Shown in pieces: positions 26,993-34,705 of a DNA stretch of 34,705 nt (the first letter of the stretch is position 1; each line of letters begins with the position of its first letter). Made by a program: the position numbers and the translations under genes. The notes beneath the pieces were generated by a model. It ran no database searches and had not been told where the DNA came from. It saw only the letters and a list, made by a program, of their open reading frames with translations. The DNA comes from Candidatus Thorarchaeota archaeon (GTDB lineage Archaea > Asgardarchaeota > Thorarchaeia > Thorarchaeales > Thorarchaeaceae), in NCBI GenBank assembly GCA_048882485.1, contig JBHLRP010000032.1, forward strand, positions 1-34,705, given 5' to 3'.

Positions 26993-27654
26993 CTCGAATG
27001 GACCAATTCACAAATGGAGTTCTACTTGCCATATTCATTGGAGGTGTCTTCGTCTTAATCTATATGAACTCCGGAGGAATCCTCCGTTCAAGTGGGAGGC
27101 GTATAAGAGGGGCGGTCTCAAGCAAATGGACACTTCAAGAATTCCTCAGATTAAGAAAGAAGCCAGAACCCGAAAGGTCCTTTCTATTCAGTGAGCAATC
27201 AGTCTATTCATTGGGACACAGGTTCAATGGTAGGTTTGACAACGCTGTTTTGCATTGGGAAGAGGTGCCAGTGCTTGATGCCATCATAGAACGGAAGTTC
27301 CCCACGAAACATATTCCACTTAAGCCCAGGAAAGAGGACTTCTTCCAAGCAGGGCTATACGCACTTGCCCTGATGGAAACTGGAGTTTCATGTGCCACCA
27401 CAAGGCTGGTTCTGGTTTATTGTTCGCAGAGAACTGCAAAGAATTGCATCGGGAAAAATCAGGCTGATTGCGTGTCTTGTGGAGATGGAATGTTGTATAG
27501 CAGAAGATTCAATCAGAAGCGAGTGTTGAAGGCCTTGGCAAAACTTGATGAGGTCTGGTATCAGGGGAGAAAACCGAAGGCCAGTCCTAGCGGAGAGAAG
27601 TGCAGAGTCTGTCCGTATGGAAGAAACGGCATCTGCAACCGCTCAGCTGCATAG
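26989..27654 (+). CDS. Cas4-like PD-(D/E)XK nuclease core with N-terminal TM helix
   Basis: SEQ, GRFD, IIERK, QAGLY and C-terminal KCRVCPY....IC. Its ATG overlaps the upstream TGA (ATGA). Confidence 0.78.
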   Translation: MTRMDQFTNGVLLAIFIGGVFVLIYMNSGGILRSSGRRIRGAVSSKWTLQEFLRLRKKPEPERSFLFSEQSVYSLGHRFNGRFDNAVLHWEEVPVLDAIIERKFPTKHIPLKPRKEDFFQAGLYALALMETGVSCATTRLVLVYCSQRTAKNCIGKNQADCVSCGDGMLYSRRFNQKRVLKALAKLDEVWYQGRKPKASPSGEKCRVCPYGRNGICNRSAA

Positions 27655-27692
27655 GCAAAAGAGTAATCTCTCTAGATGTGGAGACTAAAAGC

Positions 27693-28106
27693 ATGCAAGA
27701 GATGAGAGAACTGCTGAATTACGTGATCAAAGCCAAGCGACTTATCAAAGAAATATACTACACAACTCGAAATGAGAGTCTTAAGGCCGATGCAAAGGAA
27801 CTTGTCGCAGCCATAATTGCAGTTCAGAGGACTCTTGAACACATTCTGGTTTTGAAGCGGAGGTCGAGGACGGCTAAGAGGGTTCTTGGCGATCGAAAAG
27901 CCGAAATGGCTGTCAGGCGATGGAGCGCAGGACTTCCCAGAAGAGTAAGAGATTATGTTGAGAAGCAGAAGAAACTGGAGCAACATCATCTGCACAAATA
28001 TCAAGTCGTTCTCCTTCAGTACTTGGAGAACATGGGCAAAGAGATTGTAGCATGGGCTGAGGATATAGACATGCTTCGCGAAATGCCACGCATTCCGAAG
28101 GAATAA
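27693..28106 (+). CDS. Hypothetical basic alpha-helical protein
   Basis: Protein-like amphipathic helical ORF; start placed at ATG 27693. Confidence 0.6.
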   Translation: MQEMRELLNYVIKAKRLIKEIYYTTRNESLKADAKELVAAIIAVQRTLEHILVLKRRSRTAKRVLGDRKAEMAVRRWSAGLPRRVRDYVEKQKKLEQHHLHKYQVVLLQYLENMGKEIVAWAEDIDMLREMPRIPKE

Positions 28107-28109
28107 TGG

Positions 28110-29189
28110 TTACCAACGAAGCCGCGCAGCAACTCCTCCGAATGATTTCAGTTGCGCACCTGATTCTGTCTGAGCAGAGAATACCATCAATTCAGAGCCA
28201 TACTCACCAATCTCATTATATAGAGAATCTATGAGGTCAGTGTTATCTTCAGTGACCATTATTGTTTCAACGCGACCAGCCCTGAGAGCATCCAGCACTT
28301 CATTTTTGCCATATGCAACATTACTCTCCCCTTTCATGAGAGCTTCCATGAATCCATCCCATATCTGACGCTCAGCATAAATCTCGGTTTCTTTGAGAAG
28401 CCGGGATGCCTCTTTCATTGCTTGATAGAGTCCAGTTTCATCTATGACGCTTACTGGAATAATGGTTTCTGCAATCTTCTCTCGAATTCGATAGTCTAGG
28501 TCACCCTTCTCCAGAAATTCCTGACATCTTATTGTGTTACCGCCAAGCACAATCGCATCCACGTTGTCAATATTATCAAGTAGGAGGTCCTTCAGCATTC
28601 TACCTACATGTCGGAAGAATTCCAACATCTTTTCTTCTCTGATACGCAAATATCGCTTAGCACTCTGACCGCCTGCACGAGTCTTTCCTATGATGTAGAA
28701 GTCCTCATCGCGGACGAGTTCCATGTGCTTGCCGCGCAGATATCCAATGGTGACCTTTCCGCCCTCAATCAAAGTGATGACGACTAGGCTCTTGGGCAGG
28801 GTCATTTCTTCAAGCTCATCAGTTATAAACTCACGACCGCAGATGTAAGTGAACTGTGAGATTGGTGCAGGAGGAATGACTATATCCCTGATTTCTTCGG
28901 TTGTTCCACCTTCTTCGATAATGCCAAAGAAGAATGCCATGCCATTCTCAGGCATAGCTGTGATCATATTGAGCTCACTCAGAATTGCTGTGAGATTGTC
29001 TTGCACATTCTTTCTGTTCGCCTTGCTCTTGATGTTGTCAGCCCCAGCCAGCTCCGCTTTTACAAATCCAGTAACATCAACTAGGCTTTTTGCCGGCGGG
29101 ATGTAGAGCGTGGTGAAAGAGCTATGCCTACCTTGGAGTGCCTTGAGCTGTTGGACCTTCCTCTTGAGCTTTTGACGCTCGGCAGACAA
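28110..29189 (-). CDS. prf1: Peptide chain release factor aRF1 (eRF1 family)
   Basis: NIKS, YICGREF (YxCxxxF), GGQS, FGGVAARLRW. TTG start after GAGGTGA. Confidence 0.88.
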   Translation of the reverse strand: MSAERQKLKRKVQQLKALQGRHSSFTTLYIPPAKSLVDVTGFVKAELAGADNIKSKANRKNVQDNLTAILSELNMITAMPENGMAFFFGIIEEGGTTEEIRDIVIPPAPISQFTYICGREFITDELEEMTLPKSLVVITLIEGGKVTIGYLRGKHMELVRDEDFYIIGKTRAGGQSAKRYLRIREEKMLEFFRHVGRMLKDLLLDNIDNVDAIVLGGNTIRCQEFLEKGDLDYRIREKIAETIIPVSVIDETGLYQAMKEASRLLKETEIYAERQIWDGFMEALMKGESNVAYGKNEVLDALRAGRVETIMVTEDNTDLIDSLYNEIGEYGSELMVFSAQTESGAQLKSFGGVAARLRW

Positions 29190-29208
29190 TCTATTTCACC
29201 TCTTATTC

Positions 29209-29304
29209 TCTGCTGAATTGACGGATTTCTATAAGAACTAGTGGCCGTCAGGCAACCGCCACGGTCATCGCATGTAAGTCCGTATTTTAACATTACGTAG
29301 CAGA
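29209..29304 (-). promoter_or_regulatory. Structured 5' leader of aRF1 (nested inverted repeats)
   Basis: TCTGCT/AGCAGA, ACGGA/TCCGT, TGGCCGT/ACGGTCA and GGC/GCC are nested between a TTTTTAA box (29328-34) and the RBS. Confidence 0.4.
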
Positions 29305-29490
29305 CATTCCCAAGGAACGGCGACAAGTTAAAAAGGTAGACACAACTGAACCTTCAGTAGATAGGTGAAGAAGGGATGTACCGCCAATTTACATCATTAT
29401 AGCAATGGATTGTTTCTTCTATGACCTTAGTTTGTATAAGGCGGATCATTCCAAGCATCAAAATACAAGCTCAGGAGTTTTGATAGACAT

Positions 29491-31008
29491 ATGACCGAGC
29501 AGCTGACAAAAGGAGAAAGAACAGTTCTTGAGCAATTAGTCGATAGCAGTGAGAGAATAACATCGAAAATCATCGCCAAAAGACTTGGCGAAAATGAAGA
29601 GCGCGTTATATCAATTTTCAACTCCCTCTCACAAAAGGGGCTAATTGAACTCAATACGGAAGAGATTGCATCTTACTACCTCACGGAGGAGGGGCTAGAC
29701 TATGCAGAGAATGGGCTTCCTGAGGTCAGACTGTTTCGTGCAGTTGTGAAGCTTGGTGGACGAGCCAAGTTGGATGATGCTGTATCTACTAGCGGGATAC
29801 CGCAGGAGTCCAAAGGAATTGCTCTGAGCTGGACAAGAAAGAATGGATGGCTCGCAATATCGAAGGAAAGCGGTGCCACAGTTCTTTCCGCAAATGCTGA
29901 AAGTATTGAAACCCCAATTGAGAGCGTGCTTTCAAAGATTCTCAGGGGAGAGCATAGATTCCCAAGAAGGTATGAGGCATCGGTGAAGACTGCTTTGGAG
30001 AGATCGCTCATCACAGCCAAAACATCGAAGATGTTTCTGGCAAAGGTTGCTGAAGAAACGCGAGCAGCAGCAGAGACGCTGCTTAGCGAAGAAGTCAGCG
30101 GGATCATAGATTTGACACCGGAAATGCTGACCGCCCGAACATGGGAAGGGAAAGTATTCAGACCATTCAATGTCGAGTTGGAGCCTGCCTACGGATATTA
30201 TGGTAAGAAGCATCCTTATGTCGAGTTCAATGATTGGCTGAGAGAAATCATGATTGGACTTGGATTTACAGAATGGGATGGCCCTTTTGTGGAAACCGAG
30301 TTCTGGGCACACGATACATTGTTCGTACCTCAGGATCATGTTGCCCGTGAAGTCCAAGACCAGTTTAGGATTGAATCACCATATGATCACGGAGATATCG
30401 GCGACGCTAAATACTATCGTGCTGTGAAGGCAGTACATGAGAATGGAGGAGATACAGGATCGATGGGATGGGACTGGCCATTCAGCAAAGAGATTTCAAC
30501 ACGGCTCTGCCTTCGTCCTCATACCACACCAGTTTCGATGAGATATCTTTGGGAACATAGAGAGAGCCCTCAGAAGATGTTCATAATAGATCGCAACTTC
30601 AGGTCAGAAACTCTGAGTGCAACGCATGCACAGGAGTTCAATCAGTGCGAGGGAATAATCATGGATAAGGGTCTCACATTGAGGGATCTCCTAGGATATC
30701 TGAAATCTATCTGCAATGCTGTGGGAGTTGAAAAGCTGAAGTTCAAGCCAGGCCAGTTCCCATTCACAGAACCAAGCGTGGAAACCTTTGGCAAGCATGA
30801 GAAACTCGGCTGGATTGAGCTTGGTGGATCAGGAATCTTCAGACCCGAGGTGACTTATCCTCTTGGAATCAAGGACACAGTTCTAGCATGGGGTTTAGGC
30901 TCCGGACGTCTGTATATGGCCGCCATGGGAATCAATGACATTAGAGACCTATTCTCCAGGGATCTCGGTTGGCTGAGAAAGGCCAGCTTCATTCGGGAGG
31001 TGCTATAG
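29491..31008 (+). CDS. pheS: Phenylalanyl-tRNA synthetase alpha subunit (archaeal/eukaryotic type)
   Basis: N-terminal wHTH extension, LRPHTT, FRSET, FPFTEPS, GIFRPEV, AWGLG. Confidence 0.96.
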   Translation: MTEQLTKGERTVLEQLVDSSERITSKIIAKRLGENEERVISIFNSLSQKGLIELNTEEIASYYLTEEGLDYAENGLPEVRLFRAVVKLGGRAKLDDAVSTSGIPQESKGIALSWTRKNGWLAISKESGATVLSANAESIETPIESVLSKILRGEHRFPRRYEASVKTALERSLITAKTSKMFLAKVAEETRAAAETLLSEEVSGIIDLTPEMLTARTWEGKVFRPFNVELEPAYGYYGKKHPYVEFNDWLREIMIGLGFTEWDGPFVETEFWAHDTLFVPQDHVAREVQDQFRIESPYDHGDIGDAKYYRAVKAVHENGGDTGSMGWDWPFSKEISTRLCLRPHTTPVSMRYLWEHRESPQKMFIIDRNFRSETLSATHAQEFNQCEGIIMDKGLTLRDLLGYLKSICNAVGVEKLKFKPGQFPFTEPSVETFGKHEKLGWIELGGSGIFRPEVTYPLGIKDTVLAWGLGSGRLYMAAMGINDIRDLFSRDLGWLRKASFIREVL

Positions 31009-32673
31009 ATGATAGTGGAAAGCAGAATCGATGACCTCCTTGCACTAATCGGGAAGAAGATGTCAATGAAGAAGCTCGAAGACGCCTTGTTTCTTATCAA
31101 GGCAGAAATCGAAAGGATTGATGGCAACATCATTGAGATTGAGATAAATCCTGACAGGCAGGATATGCTTTCAACAGAAGGTGTAGCAAGGGCTGTTAGA
31201 TCATTCCTTCGAATTGATTCAGGACTTCGGGACTATAGGGTGAAGAAATCAGGACTTCAGGCACTTGTCAAACCTGGTCTCGCAAAGATACGACCATATC
31301 TAGTATGCTCAATTGTGAAAGGAGTCGAAACAAGCGATGAATTGATCAAGGAGTATATGCATCTTCAAGAGGCACTCACATCGACTCATGGAAGAAACAG
31401 AAAGAAGGCTAGCATAGGCCTCTATGTTTTCGATGAGATGGAATTCCCTCTAATCTATAGCCCTGAAAAGCCAGAAAAAATCAGGTTCGTTCCATTAGGC
31501 TATGAGATTGAGATGGATGGCCCAACTATCATCTCAGACCATGAGAAAGGGATTGATTATGGCCCAATCATTTCAGGTTTCAAGAAATGGCCTCTGCTCC
31601 ACGATTCCGGGGGAAAGGTATTGAGCCTCCCTCCAATTATTAACAGCAATCACCTAGGCCGAATAACTACCGAGACAAACAATCTCTTTGTAGAGGTGAC
31701 TGGCACACATCTACCCACAATTCATCAGGCACTGAACATTATGACCGCTTCACTGGCAGAGAGAGGTGGTAGAGTTGAATCGCTCACTGTTGTCTATCCT
31801 GACGGCACCGAGGATGAAACGCCCAATTTCTCACCGGAAATCATGATGGTGTCCATAGATGAGGTCAATCAATTGACTGGACTAGGTCTTGATAAAGACG
31901 AGATCATTGATACGCTGAGCAGGACCGGATACAATGCGAAACTCCGAAAGGGTGGACAATTTGAGGTTCAAATCCCAAGCTACCGAGTTGATGTCTTGCA
32001 CCCTGTCGATATCATTGAAGATATAGCAATTGGCTATGGTTTTGACAGAATAGTACCCGCCATGCCACAGACGATGACCACCGGCAAAGCGAAGCCAGTG
32101 ACTGGAATGAGGAATAAGGTACGTGACCTCATGGTTGGAGCAGGATATCAAGAGATTATGAGTTACATCATGAGTTCGCCAGACCTATTGAATAAGAAAG
32201 TGCTCAGAAACCGACCATTGGTCGTCACTGGAAATCCCAAAAGCAGGGACTATTCTGTTCTGAGGAACTCACTGCTCCCAATTGCTCTTGGCTTTGCTGC
32301 TCAAAATCAACATGCGGAGTATCCACAGAAAATCTTCGAAGTGGGAGATATTGCAATTCCTGATGAGATGATGGAGACCCGAATTCGGCAGATCTCATCT
32401 GTGTGTGGACTTGTTACAGATACAGCCGTCAACATCACGGACTTGGCAACTGAGATAGGATTCCTCCTTAGGAATCTGGGATTAGATGGACGTTTTGCCT
32501 ATAGAAGACGGGAGGATCCGACTTTTATCGAGGGAAGAAGTGCAGACATCCTGCTGGATGGGGAACCAATTGGTTTGTTTGGAGAGGTATCTCCAGAAGT
32601 TCTCGCCAATCTTGAGCTGGGTACTCCAACTTTGGCCTTTGAGATATTCCTTCCAAGGGATGGCAAATGGTAG
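31009..32673 (+). CDS. pheT: Phenylalanyl-tRNA synthetase beta subunit
   Basis: DMLSTEG, RKKASIG, LSLPPIINS, RVDVLHPVDIIEDIAIGYG, LRNSLLP. Confidence 0.96.
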   Translation: MIVESRIDDLLALIGKKMSMKKLEDALFLIKAEIERIDGNIIEIEINPDRQDMLSTEGVARAVRSFLRIDSGLRDYRVKKSGLQALVKPGLAKIRPYLVCSIVKGVETSDELIKEYMHLQEALTSTHGRNRKKASIGLYVFDEMEFPLIYSPEKPEKIRFVPLGYEIEMDGPTIISDHEKGIDYGPIISGFKKWPLLHDSGGKVLSLPPIINSNHLGRITTETNNLFVEVTGTHLPTIHQALNIMTASLAERGGRVESLTVVYPDGTEDETPNFSPEIMMVSIDEVNQLTGLGLDKDEIIDTLSRTGYNAKLRKGGQFEVQIPSYRVDVLHPVDIIEDIAIGYGFDRIVPAMPQTMTTGKAKPVTGMRNKVRDLMVGAGYQEIMSYIMSSPDLLNKKVLRNRPLVVTGNPKSRDYSVLRNSLLPIALGFAAQNQHAEYPQKIFEVGDIAIPDEMMETRIRQISSVCGLVTDTAVNITDLATEIGFLLRNLGLDGRFAYRRREDPTFIEGRSADILLDGEPIGLFGEVSPEVLANLELGTPTLAFEIFLPRDGKW

Positions 32674-32674
32674 C

Positions 32675-32691
32675 GGGGTCAATTAGACCCC
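32675..32691 (+). terminator. GC hairpin immediately after the pheT stop (possible terminator/processing signal)
   Basis: GGGGTC-AATTA-GACCCC. Confidence 0.3.
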
Positions 32692-32780
32692 TCAGCTACT
32701 GCCCGCAGAAAAGATATAAGAACTAGCAGACAGATTCTGGCATCAGGTGCAAAGCGCACCCTGAAAAGGGGCACCAATGA

Positions 32781-33380
32781 ATGACGGAAGGTCCAACACC
32801 CTCAGCAGCAGACTCCTCAGACGACTCGTCTGATGAGTTTAAGTTCCGAGTAGTTCTTCTGGGTGAGGCCGCCGTCGGCAAGACTTCACTAATTAGAAGG
32901 TTCACTGAGAACTCGTTTGACGAGGACTATAAGCAGACCATTGGAACCACCTTTGCCTCTAAGGATGTTAGCGTGACCGATGATGAGGGCCAGACCAGAC
33001 AAGTACGATTAATAGTCTGGGACATGGGGGGTCAGACCACTTATCGAGAGTTGCGTAGACAGTTTATGAAGGGTTCATCAGGAGCAATAATTGCATATGA
33101 TGTGACACGTCCTGAAACATTCATGGCTATGAACAACTGGTTCGAATCATTCCGTGAAACGTGTCCAAATGCGGCTGTTGTGATTGCAGCCAACAAGGTT
33201 GACCTATTGGATAGTAGAATAGTTCCCGTGGAACCCGGATTGATGTTACGTGACTGGTTTCAAGCTGATTACTATGAAACGAGCGCAAAAACTGGAGCTG
33301 CTGTCACTGACGTATTTGACAAGCTAGCTAAGCTCGTCTTGAGACAGACCCGAGCCGAGAAGAAGAGCTCTGAGATGTAA
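32781..33380 (+). CDS. Rab/Ras-like small GTPase (eukaryotic signature protein)
   Basis: G1 GEAAVGKT, G2 TIG, G3 WDMGGQ, G4 NKVD, G5 ETSAK. No C-terminal Cys. Confidence 0.93.
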   Translation: MTEGPTPSAADSSDDSSDEFKFRVVLLGEAAVGKTSLIRRFTENSFDEDYKQTIGTTFASKDVSVTDDEGQTRQVRLIVWDMGGQTTYRELRRQFMKGSSGAIIAYDVTRPETFMAMNNWFESFRETCPNAAVVIAANKVDLLDSRIVPVEPGLMLRDWFQADYYETSAKTGAAVTDVFDKLAKLVLRQTRAEKKSSEM

Positions 33381-33414
33381 CTCATTCAACACATACTGCA
33401 AAGGAGAAACAAAG

Positions 33415-33816
33415 GTGCGTGTCCGAGACTTCATGACGTCTCTGATTGTCACATCAGAGGCTGAAACACCGGTAAAAGAAGCGGCGAAGCTTATGGCAGC
33501 TGAGGACATAGGCAGTCTCATTGTGACGAAGGGCGATGTCCTAGCAGGCATGATAACTAGAAAGGAGATTATCGGTGCACGGCTGCTCTCGGACGATGCA
33601 TATGGTTCACTCACTGTCGAGGATGTTATGACAAGTCCTGTCATCACGATAAGTCCAGATGCTGATTTAGGTCAGACCATAGCTGTAATGAATCAGGCAG
33701 GTGTGAGGTGTCTTCCCGTTATAGAAGGGGATTCGATTATCGGCGTAGTGAGTACTAGTGACGTGATTCGAGTTCTAGCAACGATGAAGCATCTTGCTGA
33801 CAGCGCTCCCGGTTAG
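33415..33816 (+). CDS. CBS-pair (Bateman) domain protein
   Basis: VRDFMT, IGSLIV, GMIT, VEDVMT, LPVI, GVVS..D. Confidence 0.92.
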   Translation: MRVRDFMTSLIVTSEAETPVKEAAKLMAAEDIGSLIVTKGDVLAGMITRKEIIGARLLSDDAYGSLTVEDVMTSPVITISPDADLGQTIAVMNQAGVRCLPVIEGDSIIGVVSTSDVIRVLATMKHLADSAPG

Positions 33817-33874
33817 TGAGGGCTTTAAATTGCCAATGTAGGATTAACTAGTAGCTAGGTGAGGACATATAGCT

Positions 33875-33967
33875 CAAAGTGGTGAGAGCCAGCAAGGCTT
33901 CGTTGGGTGTGGTATCTTTGGTAACAAAATACCAGATCCCTGCTAGCAACCCACCGCATTGCTTTTT
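33875..33967 (+). ncRNA. Candidate structured non-coding RNA B (~95 nt three-way junction)
   Basis: TTTAAA box at 33824. CAAAGTGGTG/CACCGCATTG closing helix, GAGCC/GGCTT hairpin, and a GTTG..TGGTAT-TTTG-GTAA-CAAA-ATACCA..CAAC arm with a GNRA loop, followed by T5. Confidence 0.55.
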
Positions 33968-34055
33968 GACACAACTATACTAAAGCATTTTGACTGCCCT
34001 CTCCACCTGTTCTCAGATTGACAATAACTATTAGGTATGTTGATAATCCTATCGC

Positions 34056-34316
34056 ATGGGCAGAAAGACATACAAGGATAGCAATGGGTATCTTCGTTTC
34101 AAGGATTCTGGTAGGCTAGTACACAGGTGGGTTGCTGAGAAGAAGTTGGGCCGACGACTTCGTTCGAATGAAGTAGTTCATCATAAGAACAAGATTAGAG
34201 GGGATAACCGCTCAAACAACCTGCAAGTGTTTTCATCTCAGGCGCGTCACCGGGCTCATCATATGAAAAAGGCGTGGACTCGAACACGAAGAAGCAGAAC
34301 AAGAAAACGATGGTAA
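34056..34316 (+). CDS. Small HNH endonuclease (HNH_3-like)
   Basis: NGY, VHRWVAE..LGR.L...EVVHHKN..R.DNR..NL, with a highly basic tail. Confidence 0.85.
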   Translation: MGRKTYKDSNGYLRFKDSGRLVHRWVAEKKLGRRLRSNEVVHHKNKIRGDNRSNNLQVFSSQARHRAHHMKKAWTRTRRSRTRKRW

Positions 34317-34327
34317 TGCTATGCAGT

Positions 34328-34705
34328 TTACTCCGAAACCCCTTTAGCTCTTCGCGGTGTTTGCTTCAGCGATTCTGCATAAACTCGTTTTAGGTATTGC
34401 CTCATAACCTCGGAAGTGGTGACTGGATAGTCACTCACTTTCTCTCTCGTTGTCTTGAAGGAGAGGTCGATGTGGCTCAGTTCCTTCTGAACCTTCTCCA
34501 AATCCCAGGTGGAGATTTCAAGGGGCATCTTCAATTTCGTCAATATTACAAAGCCATATGCAGTGAGGAGAAGGGGCTCTAGGTCCACTATTCCATCCGA
34601 GATTTGCACCGCTGTTTCAAGAATCTCCTCTCTGCGACGCTTGGCAATGTCAGTGATTAATACAGCCGCCATCCCTTTGCGCATCCTTTCGACGTCAAGC
34701 AGGAC
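34328..34705 (-). CDS. C-terminal part of a hypothetical protein (ORF open to the window edge)
   Basis: The frame is open from 34705 (VLLDVERMRKG...). AVLITD...SDGIVDL weakly recalls the end of a RecA/KaiC-type domain. Confidence 0.55.
   Translation of the reverse strand, partial: VLLDVERMRKGMAAVLITDIAKRRREEILETAVQISDGIVDLEPLLLTAYGFVILTKLKMPLEISTWDLEKVQKELSHIDLSFKTTREKVSDYPVTTSEVMRQYLKRVYAESLKQTPRRAKGVSE

Noticed and set aside
26684-27654. CRISPR-Cas adaptation module
   Set aside because: No cas1, cas2 or repeat-spacer array is visible anywhere in the window.
29081-29326. Programmed frameshift joining the upstream ORF to aRF1
   Set aside because: aRF1 has its own RBS, a TTG start and a complete N-terminus. 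No slippery site is evident and the upstream ORF is not protein-like.
33862-33900. tRNA-like 5' half (TAGCTCAAAGTGGTGAGAGC resembles a D-arm)
   Set aside because: No TTC T-arm, anticodon arm or acceptor-stem partner follows, and the segment pairs well in the alternative three-way junction. A split-tRNA half cannot be fully excluded without tRNAscan/SPLITS.

Overview
Archaeal DNA, most likely from an Asgard archaeon (Thorarchaeia-like; inferred from a Rab-like small GTPase, aRF1, archaeal-type PheRS, a SAMP/MoaD ubiquitin-like protein, GAGGTG ribosome-binding sites and TTTAA promoters). About 1-23.5 kb is an anaerobic catabolic island. It holds two APC permeases, a non-pyrrolysine MttB-family methyltransferase with its corrinoid protein and a URO-D/MtaA-family protein, two FAD-oxidoreductase/CCG Fe-S pairs, two V4R/ATC-hydrolase-like proteins and a divergent metallophosphoesterase/nucleotidyltransferase pair. 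It also has a Zn-dehydrogenase, an RraA-type aldolase, an aminotransferase and a diol-dehydratase-like glycyl radical enzyme directly upstream of KDG kinase and KDPG aldolase. About 23.9-34.7 kb is mostly housekeeping (divergent Ino1, VTT/DedA, aRF1, pheS/pheT, GTPase, CBS, small HNH). Best candidates for something undescribed: (1) two intergenic structured RNAs 10 kb apart that share collinear motifs, possibly circularly permuted; (2) a Cas4-like Fe-S nuclease split into two membrane-anchored genes; (3) a glycyl-radical entry into an Entner-Doudoroff-like route; (4) a nucleotidyltransferase/phosphoesterase/2TM/permease module. All calls come from reading motifs by eye; no searches were run.
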